From NCBI RefSeq assembly GCF_009914755.1, contig NC_060928.1: a DNA stretch of 64,000 bases. One strand, given 5' to 3'. Position numbers and translations under genes: made by a program. The notes under the pieces are model-generated. The model saw only the letters and a program-made list of their open reading frames with translations. It had not been told where the DNA came from and ran no database searches. The number at the start of each line of letters is the position of its first letter. Positions within the stretch are counted from its first letter, which is position 1. Shown piece by piece: positions 28,413-43,559 of this stretch. This DNA is from the human T2T-CHM13v2.0 reference genome, Homo sapiens.

Positions 28413-30409
28413 AGCCTTCCGTCTGTGCTGCATGCCATCATGTTTTCATTAGTTTCACACTATTATTCTTGTGAATCAATGGAGATCAATGGAGTCTACT
28501 AGTAGGGATTCAGTAGACCTTCCTTTTTCAAGTAGCTAGAAGGGAATGTTGAGGAGAGTCCATTTTCAGGGTACAGTTCTCTGCTGTCTGTCATATTAGC
28601 ATATATACTTGTAATAACTGGTTTAATGGTATTTACTCACTAATTTTACAGTTACTGCTTAATTGTACCAATAATTAAGTTATACATATCAGGTAATTTT
28701 TTAAAGAGTATTAGTTTGCATATTAAAACCCAAGGAATTATCGCATTATAGAAAATGTCACAAATATAAATATATGATAGAAATATGTTTTAGGGAAAGA
28801 AAAATAAGTCTACAGTTGTAAGATATTGAGAAACGAGGGCATAACAGTTTGGCCTTTATCTTGGTTAATAACCTGACCTCAATGGTTCTTCTGTTTGATT
28901 AAAACTAGATAGTTTCTTAAAAGCTTATTTTCTGTTCTCATATTTTATCTAACCTCCTAGGTCAAAGATAGTGAGACAAAAAGGAATTGCTCAAATACTG
29001 AGATGCATGTCAACTCTTCCAACAACCTCCAGAATTTACTGAGCCTGTAACACAGCTTTTGTAATCCTTTTCTGTGAAATCCAGTACTGTGTCAGCTTCG
29101 TTAGGGTCTAAAGTGTACCTTTCATAAAGGACCTCAAGATTTATTTTCCTGAGCTTTAAATGAGTGAAAATGTGTTTTGTTGAAACTTCCCAAGAAGTAA
29201 CTGCATTTTCTATGGAATCTTCCATTGTTTATGGGCCTGATGAAAGCATTTGGCACTTAATGATTCCCAGACTATTTCAACTTTATAAAAAATCAAGAAA
29301 AAGAAAAAAAAGGTGAAAAGTAAATGTTTTGAATGCTAACAATAAAATATGTGGATTTTTAAACCTTACAAAGAAATGAATGCAATGATTTGCTTCAGAT
29401 GTTATGAAAAATTTTAATGACTGTTGACCTGTTCAAATGAGGAAAATGAAACATGAGAGAAAGTGACTGAGAACAAGATATCCAGGTGGCCCTCTGAAAT
29501 TCAAGTCTGTTGCTATTAGCCCTGGTTTAATTATCTTCCACTCCCTCACAGTCAGTTTTCCCATAAATGTTAATACTCCCTATGAAATCTCAGCCCTTAC
29601 TTTGGTTAGACCATTTGTCAGTACTCTAAGTTCTGTATTCTGCTCAACATCTAGCCAGTTAGAGACACCACACATAGAGCATAGTGACAAAGGGTCAATT
29701 TTGGACAACTACAACCTTTAATTTGAATTTATTATAATTACAGAAAAAACTATTATAATTTTCTCCAAATTATTTTGGGCAGAAGAAACTAAGTAGTTTA
29801 TCTTTAGCTGATGCCACCAATTTAAAATTGACTTCAGAATATTTATTATATGATAAAGGTGACTATTTGTATGAATGTAACATTAAATCCCCTCATTGCT
29901 AAGATTAGGTTATATGTAAAGTATGTAGAAAGTACAGACAATACCTTCTGTTAAAGGATTTTTATCATTTAAATATACCTTCAAATGTAAGAAACCTATT
30001 AGTATGGCTTGATTGCAACACTACAGCCTCCGTTTTATTAAACAGGAAAGCCAATGGAGTTTACCCAATTACTTTGTCAACATGGTTTAAGTTTGAAAGA
30101 GAAGATAAAACAACAAAAATTCTGGAGTACAGTGTTATAGCCCAGATTCCTTTAACTCCTGATTTTTCTATTGCCAAAATCCAAAGTTTAGAAATGTAAG
30201 TGAACAAGCTCTGAAGACTCATTATTTACTATTTGAGAAGTATCTAAAATGTAGTGAAAGCTGAACAGAATTTCCTTGGAGCTCTTACTAGCAACATATT
30301 AGTAATAGCAATGATTGATTTTCATGCCGTTCACTCTTTCTTCACATCTCCTCTGCCTTCTCGCACCCCAAATCCAATAAGTGTCTCTACATTCTACCCT
30401 GGTCTCTTT

Positions 30410-30732
<323 letters not shown>

Positions 30733-30899
30733 TTACCCTGGTCTCTTTAAATCTTCCCAATTCAATGACCTCTTAGAAATATGCTCCCTGACAATAATGT
30801 ATGCTCCAAAATAAACTCCCTCTGATTCTTTTTATCTTTCCAATAATCTATACTCTTTGAATCTGAGCCAGCATGTAGCTAGAAATTTGGAATAAAATA

Positions 30900-31450
30900 T
30901 CTATATTGGTAAACAGTGGTTTCTTTTTAAGTGGAAAAACCAGTGTTTTCTTTTTAAGCAAAAGGATAATTTATTGGCTGCTTTAATTAGGAAATCAAAG
31001 TAATTGTATAACCTTTAGTCACAACTAGATCCAGAATTGTGAAGAATGTCATTAAGAATCTCTCACTCCTCTGTTTTTCACTCAAATCATTTATTTTTAG
31101 CCACGTTCCATCCATGAACAATCAAAATAGCTCTGGAATGCTGTAGCTTTACGTGATACTTAGTATTTGCAATCTCAGAGGAATGGAGATCCTTTCTCCC
31201 CTGGTATACATATAATTTCCCCCAAAAATGCCTTGATTGGCTCTGCCTGGATTATATGGCAAAACTGGACAATCACCAAAGCCAGTGAGATGGGATCAGT
31301 GATTAGTTAGCAGAGATCAATTTCCATTTCTGTGGCAAGCAACTAGGTGTTGTGATTGAGAAACTACCATTTAGGAAAGGGGAAGCTCACAAAAGGAAAA
31401 GAAGGGCCATTTTCCGATGCCACCTCTGTGGACTGAATGACCTGTTCACT
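30900..31450 (-). mobile_element. Ancient MLT1-like LTR, decayed
   Basis: CTTGATTGGCTCTGCCTGGATTATATG..TGGACAATCAC..GATGGG..GTGATT. Confidence 0.4.
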
Positions 31451-33325
31451 ATATTAGAGATGTTTTCATTCCTTGAGAAAATTTGATACTACAATTATTT
31501 TCCATTGAGTGAGATTGCTGGTAATGTCACTGGGATATTGAAAAAATCATTTTACCAAAGGACCCTTCCAGAATCCCCTTAAGGATGGCTCATCTTCTTT
31601 TGCTTTTTATTTTATTTCCATGATGATTTAATTCCAAGGTTTGCTGCTCTCTGAAAATATAAGTGAATTTATCGCTTTTCAAAGAACACTTGAGAAACGA
31701 ATCAAGAGTCAAAGAACCAAAATACACACATACCTCTCATCTGCATTGTAGTCATAGGGACAAATTTTCTGAGAAGTTGGTTTCCAGTTCATTTCTAAAG
31801 CATTGCTATAAAAAAATCATTCTCAGTAAATACATCATATCATTATTGTTGAAGTAAATCAAGGAAAAAGGAAAAGAAATATGGAGGGTACATATTATTT
31901 TTCCAAAATACAGTTCTTCAACTTCCATCTCATACCCCTGGTGAAAGATTATCTTTACTTATTATGTTATAAATTAGGCAGAATCTTGGAATTACCTCAC
32001 ACAAAACTACTCTGACAGCCTCTTTGAACCTGACATAGTTTAGACTATATTTATTCATTTGGAGCCTACCTCTTCTCTAAAGATAATGAATTCCTGACAA
32101 AGAGTCAGAGCTTTTAGATATTTGACATCAGGTAAAATCTTGCCCATTTTTTTCTAAATAACTATAAAATCTGGCATGAAATATTTAGGATCTTAGATTG
32201 TAATTTTTAAATAAATACTACCCATCAATAAATTTGTATGTTAAGCACATATGTTGAGCTTGGATTCAAGGATGCTGCGGGCTAAAGTATTAATAGTTTA
32301 AAGCTGGAGCATCATCAAATGATGCTGAGAATGATGTTCCACCATTACATAGCATTGGAATGCAGTATTAAGAATTTACTATGAGACAACATAGCTAAAA
32401 CATTTCAACAGAACAGATGATCATATTTGTAACTTCAATTAATATCAAATGCCAAAACTTCTCAGTGCTTTGCAAATTCTGTGTACTGTTAAATTGTCCA
32501 ATTATTATTTCAAAGCTGTGGTGACACTTCTCAGTCCATCCAGGCACACATCTCTCTCTATCTCTGTCTCCCTTTCCCTTCCTCTCTCACTTCAAACATA
32601 CACACAGATGCATATATATGAAGTCTCTCTCTCACACACACACAGAACTTGCAAATACAAAAATATATTCTTCCCATTATGGATTTTCATTGTACTTGGT
32701 GGAAAATCTCTTCAGACCATGTGAGACTTAAGACAGACTTTGATCTGGATGTTGATATCACATTGGTTCATAGACATCGGTTCAAAACTCTGTATGAAGC
32801 TTTCCACAATTATGTTGTAACCTTGGTATTCCATTCTCTGCATTGCCGTCCAAGTACTGAGGTAAAAGAATGCCATGGCAGTGTTCAGCCCTGGAATTTC
32901 CATTAAAAAATGTGACCATGTGCATGGTGTAGATGAAAGCAAGATGCCCTGAAAGCTTTTGTTAAGCAAGTTGAAATAAGGCAGGTTATAACTTTCAGAG
33001 TCACTGGGACATAGCCTTAAACAACGAAGCAAAAAAGTAGGTGGATGGAAACTACAGCAACTGCCGAGACAGCTCCACATAGCTTTAAGGGAACTTTTTA
33101 TCTTTTTTGAACAAAGATGTCAGACTAGTCAGACTGTCTGGAAATCCCAAAAAGAAAAATTTCAGCATACTTTCCAGATGGTAGAGGAAAATATCAAATA
33201 CAAACCCTATCGTATGTTTCCCCATTTTGTTGTGGGGTGTCATGTTTTTACCTATACTCATGGATCTTAATACCAGTCATATTCACTTCTAAATTAAAGT
33301 GCAACAAGAAATAGTCAAAGGCAAA

Positions 33326-33348
33326 TATGTGTATATATATATATGTAA

Positions 33349-33382
<34 letters not shown>
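33326..33382. repeat. Compound (TA)n(TG)n microsatellite
   Basis: Read directly. Confidence 0.95.
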
Positions 33383-33383
<1 letters not shown>

Positions 33384-33509
33384 TGGATAGTGCATGTATA
33401 TACACATATACATGATAATATCTAATACAGTAAAAAATATACAGGAATTGGATATTCTTTTGTGAATATTTTAGATGATAAAATGAAGCCCCATGAAGTA
33501 TTAAATTTT

Positions 33510-33690
33510 GAAATAACTTAAAGAATGTAATTGGATTGTTTGTAACTCAAAAGATAAATGTTTAAGGGGATGGATACCCCATTCTTCATGATGTGCTTAT
33601 TTCACATTGCATGCCTGTATCAAAACATCTCAGGTACCCCTTAAATAGATACACCTACTGTGTATCTACAACATTTTTTAAAAATTAATT
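33510..33690 (+). mobile_element. L1MA1/2-like 3' end, 5'-truncated
   Basis: AATTGGATTGTTTGTAACTCAAAAGATAAATG..GGGGATGGATACCCCATTC..CATGCCTGTATCAAAACATCTCA. Confidence 0.85.
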
Positions 33691-35868
33691 TTCTTAAAAA
33701 AGGAATTTTCAAATGTTTATCTTTCTATAACCAAACTGTTAGTCACATTATCACATTTGAAATAATTTTTAATAGAGTTTAAAATATTGTTAATGATAGA
33801 TTGATTATAAAACCTATTTAGATCTCTGGATATAATTTTCAATGTGCTTTTACATTTTCTACTGCTACTTATAATTATTTATCTTGCTGTAACATCAAAA
33901 TTTTCATTACTGTCACTCTGTCTGCTCCCGGCCAAACTCCCTACACCTCCTTTCATTGGCCTTCCTGTTACTAGTTTGGATGATTAACAAAGTTGTCAAG
34001 CTTGTTAAAAGTGTCTTTTCCAAATTAAAATAATAAAACAAAACATCAAATTAGAAAATATCAGGATAGCTATCCCTAAGGCCATTTCACACAACTTTCC
34101 TACACACTGCCTAAGAAAGCCAGAAAAATGATAAAACCCAAACTGAAAACTAGGAAAGTCAATTCAGAAGAGATTCTATATACAACAAAGCAGATTGGAT
34201 TAAATCAAAAAGTACAATTGATGGTCTAAGTGTGGAGAACCTGCCCACTGAAAGAAAAATGGAAAGACCTGGTAACTTCCTTTTCATCTCTGTCCACTGG
34301 GTCAGCTGCGCAAGATACATACCAACAAGAAAACCAGTTACCCCACTACTTAACAGATGGTGCATTCAATTGATCCAAAGCACCCTCTTTCTTAATCTAA
34401 ATCTAATCCTACCTTCCACCCCAACACCTCAACACACACACACTCATACTTCTTTCATTCTTTTGGAAAATAAAGCCTAAAGAAAGAAAGTAAACAGGAA
34501 GAGAATACAATGTGTTTAAAAAAAAAGATTGGAGTGATTTTATGACATTTTAGAAAATGTAACCCTCCAAGCTAAGATTTGTAGATGGTATGAAAATTCT
34601 CAATAAATTTTTAAGAAGTGGATGTAATTTTTATATATCCCATTGCTTTGCAATCTAATATTTATTCTAAAGATAAGATTTTATTCAGAATTGGGCTAGG
34701 AGTTGTGCATACTAATATCAGATAGTACAATGACTTAGTTGATTTAGTTGTGCTAGAAAAATCTATATGATATCAGTGAATTAAGGATGGGGCAGTCAAC
34801 ATGGCGTGTTTATAAGAAACACCAGACCTGCAGACATCTCTACTATTTCAAATAAGAATTAAAAAAAAAAGAAAGAAAACTAAAGGGTCTTAGAAAACAT
34901 TGCAGAACAGGGAAAAGGAAAGCTCATTCTGTAGGCTAAATACTTGTGCAAGTCACCAAGCAGCCAGAATAATTGTTCAAAAAGTATGGCATTTGCAGAA
35001 AAACTCAAAAAGACTGAGAAGAATTTCATGTAAAACAAGTGCAAAAGCCTTTAAAAGATTCATATTTTAAAAGGTCCAAAGTTTTTAAAAGTGAGATAGA
35101 TTGGCTAGAGGCATTACACTTTCTGATTTAAAAACATATTACAAACCTACAGTAATGAAACCAGTATGGTACTGATATAAAATAGATATATGGACTAATG
35201 GAACAGAATAAAGTCTAGAAATAAACCTATGCATGTGTGATCAACTGATTGCTCACAAGGGTGGCAAGAATACACAATGGGGAAAAGATAGCCTCTTCTA
35301 TAAGAAGCTTTCAGAAAGCTGTGTATACACATCAAAGAACAGAAGTGAATCCTTATTTCACACCACACACAGGAACCAAGTTAACATGTATTAAAGATTT
35401 AAACATAAAATTTGAAATAGTAAAAATCCTAGAAGAGAACATGTGGGAGTGTAGCTTTATGAGATGGTCTTGGAAATTACTTCTTGGATAGACATCAAAA
35501 GCACAGACAACAAAATAAAAAATAGACAAATGAGACTATATCAAAATAAATACCTTCTGCACAGCAAAGAAAACAATCAACAGAGTGAAAATGCAACTTC
35601 CAGAATGGGAGATAATATTTGGAAACCATATATCTAGTAAGGGATTAATATCCAAAAGATATCATGAACTCCCACAACTCGAAAGCAAAAGAAAATGAAA
35701 TCACCCTATTAAAAATGGGAAAGACACTTAAATATATACTTCTGCAATGAAAACATACAAATGGTCAAGAAAATGAAGAGATGTTCACAGCACTAACAAC
35801 AAAGTCCCCACAAAAACCCCATCCAAGTATCAGCAGCCTCAAAGATCTAAACTAGACAACTCATAAAG

Positions 35869-36857
35869 ATGAGAAAGAATCAACAAAAAAATGCTGAAAA
35901 CCCCAAGGGCCAGAGTGCCTCTTCTCAAAACGAATGCAATGCCCCTCCAGCAAGGGTGCAGATCTGGATGAGGATGAAATGGACGAATTGACAGAAGTAA
36001 GCTTCCAAAGATGGTTAATAACAAACTGTCTGAGCTAAAGGAGCATGTTCTGATCCAATGCAAATAAGCTAAGAACCTTGATAAAATGTTAGAGGAGCGC
36101 ATAACTAGAATAGCCAGTTTAGAGAGAAACATAAATGACCTGAAGGAGCTGGAAAACACAGCATGAGAACTTTGTGAAGCATACACAAGTAGCAATAGTG
36201 GAATCAACCAAGAGGAAGAAAGGATATCAGAGTTTAAAGACCACCTAGCTGAAATAAGGCATGCAGACAAGATTAGAGAAAAAAATAATGAAAAGCAACA
36301 AACAAAGCCTCTGAGAAATATGGGACTGCATAAAAAGATCAAACCTACGATTGATGAGAGTACCCGAAGGAGAAGAGGAGAATGGAGAAAAGCTGGAAAA
36401 CACACTTCAGGATATTATCCACAAGTTCCCCAACCTAGCAAGGCAGGCCAACATTAAAATTCAGGAAATACAGAGAACATCACTAAGATTTTCCATGAGA
36501 AGATCAACCCCAAGATACATAATCATCAGATTCTCCAAGGTTGAAATGAAGGAAAATATGTTAAGGGCAGCCAGAGAGAAAGGCCAGGTCACCTACAAAG
36601 GGAAGCCCATCAGAATAATAACGGACCTCTCAGCAGAAACCCTACAAGTCAGACGAGAGTGGGTGCCAATATTTAACATTCTTATAGAAAAGAATTTTTC
36701 ATATCCAGCAAAACTAAGCTTCATAAGGGAAGGAAAAATAAAATCCTTCCCAGACAAGCAAAGGCTGAGGGATTTTATCTCCACCTGGCCTGCCTTAAAA
36801 GAGCTCTTGAAGGAAGCACTAAATATGGAAAAAAAAAACCAGTACCAGCCACTGTAA
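35869..36857 (+). pseudogene. Disrupted L1 ORF1p; C-terminal 168 aa open (36351..36857)
   Basis: Translation has FPNLARQANI.IQEIQRT, IIIRF.KVEMKE.MLRAAREKG, YPAKLSF, LKELLKEAL; upstream part has stops/frameshifts. Confidence 0.92.
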
Positions 36858-36904
36858 AAACACACCACAATATAAAGACCAATGACACTATGTAGAAACT
36901 GCAC

Positions 36905-37330
36905 ATCACGCCATTCAGAGTGGTGATTATTAAAAAGTCAAGAAATAATAGATGCTTGCGAGGCTGTGAAGAAATAGGAACCCTGTTACACTGTTGGTGG
37001 GAATGTAAATTAGTTCAACCATTGTGGAAGACAGTGTGGCGATTCCTCAGGGACCTAGAACCAGAAATACCGTTTGACCCAGAAATCCCATTATTGGGTA
37101 TATGCCCAAAGGAATATAAATCATTCTACTATAAAGACATATGCACTCGTATGTTTATTGCAGCACTATTTACAATAGCAAAGACATGGAACCAACCCAA
37201 ATGCCTATAAATGATAGACTGGATAAAGAAAATGTGGCACATATACACCACGGAATACTATGCAGCCATAAAAAGGAATGAGATTATGTCCTTTGTAGCG
37301 ACATGGATGAAGCTGAAAGCTCTTATCTTC
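36905..37330 (+). pseudogene. L1 ORF2p C-terminal (cysteine-rich) fragment
   Basis: ORF 36920..37210: GTLLHCWWECKLVQPLWKTVWRFL, CTRMFIAALFTIAKTWNQPKC. Confidence 0.92.
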
Positions 37331-39489
37331 AGCAAAGTAACCTAGGAAGAGAAAACCAAACACCACAAGTTCTCGCTCATAAATGGGAGTTGAACAATGA
37401 GAACACATGGACACAGGTAGGGGAACAACACACACCATCACCTGTTGTGGGGTGGGGGACAAGGGGAGAGAGCCTAGAGGAAGGGTTAATAGGTGCAGCA
37501 AACCACCATGACACACGTATTCCTATGTAACAAATCTGCACATTCTGCACACATATTCCGGAACTTAAAGTAAAATTTTAAACAATTTAAAACAAAAATA
37601 AAATGTTTAACATTACTAATCACCAGGGAAATGCAAATTGAAACCACAATGAGATATTACCTTTCACCTATTAGGATGGACACCATCAAAACACACATAC
37701 CCACATAAATACAGACACAAATAACAAGTGTTGATGATGATGTGGAGAAAAGGAAATTCTTGTACACTGTTAGTGAGAATCTGAAATGATGCAGCCACCA
37801 TAGAAAAGAGTATGGAGGTTCCTTAAAAATTTAAACATAGAATTACCATATGATCCAACAATTCCACTTCTTGGTATATATCTGAAATAATTGAACTTAG
37901 GAACCTGAAGACATAGCAGCACTCTCATGTCCATGGCAGCAGGTATTCATAATAGCCAAGATGTCAAACAACCCAAATGTCCAAAGACATATGAGTAGTT
38001 TTTTTAAAAGTGGTAAGTACATTCAATGGAATATTATTCAGCCCTAAAAAAGAGAAGAAAATCCTACCATTGGTGACAACACGAATGAACCTGGAAGACA
38101 CAATGCTAAGTGCAATGTCAGCCACAGAAGAACACATACTGCTTGTTTCCTCTTATATGTGACATTGAAAATATTGCTATATAGAAGTAGACAACAGAAT
38201 GGTGATTACCAGGGCATGAGAGAGGTGGCGATGAGGAATGGTTGTTCAAGAGGAATAAAGTTACCATTCTACAAGATGAATGAGTCTCAAAGATCTGCTG
38301 TTACAACATAGCGCCCACAGTTAACAGTAAGGTATAGCTCACTTAAAATTTTGTTAAGACTGTAGATCTCATGTTAAGTGTTTTTACTGCAGAAAAGAGA
38401 ATGCAAGGAAACTTTTGAAGGTGATAGATATGTGTATTACTTTGTGGTGATAGTTACTTGTGTTACAGGTATGTCCATTGTATACCTTAATGAGGTACAA
38501 TTTTTGGTATATTGATTATACCACCTTTTTTAGGCTGAAGAAAATAATTTTTAAAATAAGATGAGTTAGTGAAGAAAAATCATAGTAGCAATAATAAAAT
38601 ATATATTAGAGGTGATAAAAATTAAAATTGACAAAGAATAAAAATAAAATCCTAATTTAGAGAACCAGCTAGATAAATTTCCTAATAACGCAGAGGAAAA
38701 TTGGTGTAAAGAAAGGAAAACATTACATAAGAATATATAATTTTGAAAGACATGCAATAAGAATACAACCAGACAATAGTAGAGGTTACTGTGAAAGAAA
38801 CCACAATGTCTAAAACAGAAGGAATAATGAAAGATTTATGAAAGAAAAAGTTCCTACCCTAAATAAATGACCAACCTATAGATCAAAAACGCTCAATAAT
38901 CTTTGAGCATAAAAATTATAGAGACTTATATCTTAGCATACCCAAAAGAAAAAATGAAGTTAGAATGATAAAGAAAATATACTAAAGTCACCCAAACATT
39001 TTTAAATTTAATAAAAATCAGGTAACACTTCTTTCAAATGGTAAAACAAACAAAAAAACCCCACAACTTGGATATCCTACCAAGTGGTTGTTATGTGTAC
39101 AGCCCACAAGAAAAAGAAGATATTTACAAATACGCAAGAGCTCAAAAGAGATTACGCTAACGTATGTTGCTTACAAAAATTAATAGAAAACCATTTTAAC
39201 AGCTAAAAATTGATCAAACATAATTTTTAAAAGATAGTTCATCATGTAATAAGACTTACAGTAAATGTTAAATTAGTTCAATGACATGTGTAAATATGTA
39301 GGAAATCATGAAACTTTATCTAAAAATAACATATATCATATAAATAATAATAATATAGGTGAAAGTCTCTAGATTAATGATCACAATTTCAAGTGATCAC
39401 AGGGCCTGAGAAATAAGGCAGATATATAAAGAGGGCCAGGCTTAATGAATAGGGAGTGGTGGGGAGGACTCTGTACTAGAGAGCAAATT

Positions 39490-40132
<643 letters not shown>

Positions 40133-40663
40133 AATATACTATTCAAGGAGGGCGGAAGCTACTGGACTCCAACACTTCATTACCTTGCAATGTGGGCCAG
40201 ATCAACAAATTTCAAGAAAAGCCAGAAATCTACATATTCGTTTACAACATTGCAATTTTTAAATATACAGAGATAATTCAACTAGTAACAAAAGCACTGG
40301 AGGGTGCCAAGCAAAACATTTGTTTGAGATTTGAGCCATTACTAATCAGGTTTTAACCTCGCCACTCAAAGAAAAAAAAATTAAAATGCGTTAGCATTAC
40401 AAAAAACTAAAAAATTGTAAGTAGGAGGTTTTGGGGATAGAAATGCTTTCTTTCTAGGTATAAATGGGTTCTAAAAGATTGGATTGGAAAATTAGAAATA
40501 CATAGGTTATAAGAGTTTGGGGAAAATATAATAGCAAAATTTTGAACTTTTAAATTATTGGATAAGATGAAGTAAAGCATTGCTAGATAGCAATGTCCTG
40601 CTTTGCAGATGTCTGCTGGTTGCATAATTCAAAAGGACACTAAAGTGTTAAAAATAAAATGAT

Positions 40664-40968
<305 letters not shown>

Positions 40969-42218
40969 AAATGGTGGTAAATTATTTATTACATAAATAC
41001 TACTGAAAAGAAAGCAGGAGAGGACAAAATTATTATAAAACTAAGAGCTACAGTATAAAATGCAGTAAATTGATTAAAGCAGGTTAATTTCTTTTAAAAC
41101 ATGATTTAGTGAGCTTTAAACGCAGAATATTATAATGTTGAAAAATGCAAAGTAATATTAACAATAAAATAATACATTTATAAAGATGCACATTTTGTAA
41201 GTAATTTCAACTTTTCAAAATGTCTTTATAAATACAAGTACCTGAATAAATATTGGTCCATAAAGAACATCTCAAAAAATTACATAAAGCATAAATTATA
41301 TAGCCCATATTTCTAACCATTAACTGCTTTTGTTTCTCTTCAATTCAGTCCTGTGGAAGAATTGAATCAGAAGCAAACAAAACTCCAAATGTACATTATT
41401 TAGAAAGTAACAATGAAAACATGCTTATTTCAACGTATAGGAGATGATCAAAGTTGTAGTCAGCGGCAAATGAATCCCCTGAAATGCTTTCTTCATCTTA
41501 AAAAAAAAAAAGATAAAAATAAATGAAATAAATATTAAGAAAAAGGCTAAAGTAGACAAAAGAAAATAAGGTGAAGAAAGATAAAATGAATTTGAGGATA
41601 TTAGAATATATTACAAGCCTTGGGGCCAAACAACTCAAAAAAACTATGGGAAGCATACGCAAAATTTTAAATGAGATCATTAACGATAGATTAATGTTAA
41701 AAAGTTAGGTGCAATTCTATGCTAATTTCTTTAAAATTCTTAATAAAATGTATGTTTTCCTAAGAAAAGATAAATTATCAGATGTTTGAGTTGTCTGGGG
41801 GTTGAATCTCAGGGTAAACAATGTGAAATAAAATGATTTTGCCAGCAGAGCACAAGAGTGCATGTCCAGAATTTCACAGTCCTGCCCTGTCATTTTCTGC
41901 TGGGTGGCCTTGAGCAAATGAATTCAGTTCATTGACCATCCCTTCCCCACCATAAGAACTTTGCCAGTGGTGATTACTGGAGTCTCTTTTAATCAAAATT
42001 GCTTGGTTCTCCTACAGACATGTACAGGCATGCACGTGAGTAAAAGAGAGAAAAAAACCCATATATATATATGTATAACAGTAAGCAAAACTTTAAATAA
42101 TACTCATTATATTTTAGATCTATTCAGTTTGCTTGTTCCCTCATTTTTACCCTCAATTAATATCATCCCTATTAGTTCAAATACCATAGCTTAAAGAAAA
42201 AATAAACACTGAAGAAGG

Positions 42219-43505
42219 TAGTTCAATATTGTATTCATTCACTGACTTGTCCTGGAATTCTTTCTTTTCTTCCTGTTTCTTAGACATACGTTACTTTTTC
42301 AAGTAATGAGAAATCATCTGTAGTCTTTTTTTCTTCAAACTCCAGGGGTTGGGGGTTCCAGCGTCTAAGTATCCCTGAAACTCACACCTTGATTTTGTGG
42401 CTATTGTTTGTATTGTTTTATGGAAAACAGCCAAAGTGAGCGTCTGCATTTATGTTCTTCCAAAACCTCCATATCTCACCCTTTCTGTGAAATTTCTCTT
42501 TGGAATTTCATATCATTTGGCATCTCACTTTTTTAGTGAGGGTGGCGCTCTAAATCTTTTGTGATGGCTCCAGGCTTCAGATATATATTATTCCACTCTT
42601 GCTGCCAATGTAACAAGTCAGTCAGATTTTGCAATAACATATGGTTATGATTTGAGTGTAATAGAGCTTATAAGTAAATATGTTTATCAGAGTTAGTTCA
42701 AAATTATTATTTCAACTAATTTCAGGCTACCATAACAGCCATGAATTGAGTAAGAACAAAAAGTAAAAGTTCTTGTCAAGGAAGCCTGTGGGAGATGGGG
42801 AGGCTGGGAAGGGAAGAGAGAAGAGAAGGGTTAATCTAAGTATATCGAAAGTCTACATTTAACTACAGTTTTCTCTCTTCTTTTAACTTCTCTAATCTCT
42901 TAACAATTAACCATGTTATACAGTATGTAATTTATATACTCTCCTGACATATTCAGAATACCAGATTCAGATCTAGTGTTTTCTGTGTGATTGTTTTATT
43001 TTTTTTATCCTGTGGAATAGATAAGTGGTTTGGCTCTCCTATGTACCTATTGAAGTTTACTTTTCTTACATGACTTTTTTATTGCATTCTGAGGGAAGCT
43101 ATAGCAGCATTGGGCACACAGATGTGAATAAAACAATTTCTCTTAGGGCATAAAGTACTAACCATGTCTAGCATTTAATGGTCACCTATGAGATATTATG
43201 GGAAGTGTATCTATGGGAAGTATACACAAAATTTAAAATGAGATTAGTAACAATAGATGTTTTGGAAGAACACAAATGCAGATGCTTACTTTGGCTATTT
43301 TTGATAAAAACAGTACAAAAAGAAGCCACAAAATAGAACTATGAGTTTCAGGGAGTCTTAGGTGTTGGAATCCCCAACCCCTGGAGGTTGAGAAAAAAAC
43401 AGTACAGATGATTTCTTATTGCTTAAAAAGAAGCATATGTCTAAGAAACAGGAAGAAAAGAAAGAATGCCTCGACAAGACAGTGAATGAATAAAATATTC
43501 AATTA
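42219..43505. repeat. Long inverted repeat: arms 42219-42472 and 43253-43505, ~780-bp spacer
   Basis: Reverse complement of the right arm aligns to the left arm with ~41 differences in ~254 bp (hand count), including a 32-bp perfect run ATTCTTTCTTTTCTTCCTGTTTCTTAGACATA. Confidence 0.95.
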
Positions 43506-43559
43506 GGATTTTATGTAATAGGTACTTTAATAAACTAAACTTGAAGCTTTATGGCAGCA

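Larger units (their letters stand above)
35788..37600 (+). mobile_element. Nested L1PA (about PA8-PA11), 5'-truncated, with most of ORF2 deleted
   Basis: End of 5'UTR, ORF1 starting ATGAGAAAGAATCAAC at ~35869, spacer, then ORF2 C-terminus, 3'UTR (GGTGCAGCAAACCACCATG..GAACTTAAAGTAAAAT) and A-rich tail. Confidence 0.92.
35105..38545 (+). mobile_element. L1MA9/10-like element (ORF2 3' part and 3'UTR), interrupted by a younger L1PA
   Basis: ORF2 relic GAGGCATTACACTTTCTGATTT..ATGGAACAGAATA; host resumes at ~37600 with ACTAATCACCAGGGAAATGCAAAT; 3'UTR GTAGATCTCATGTTAAGTG..AAACTTTTGAAGGTGATAGATATG. Confidence 0.88.

Noticed and set aside
32712-33080. 122-aa - strand ORF and overlapping ORFs at 32449-32906
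   Set aside because: No recognisable domain or splice context; consistent with chance ORFs
35839-36405. Longest ORF in the track (188 aa, - strand) and ORF 36593..36904
   Set aside because: Antisense to L1 ORF1; L/F/S-rich composition follows from the A-rich sense strand
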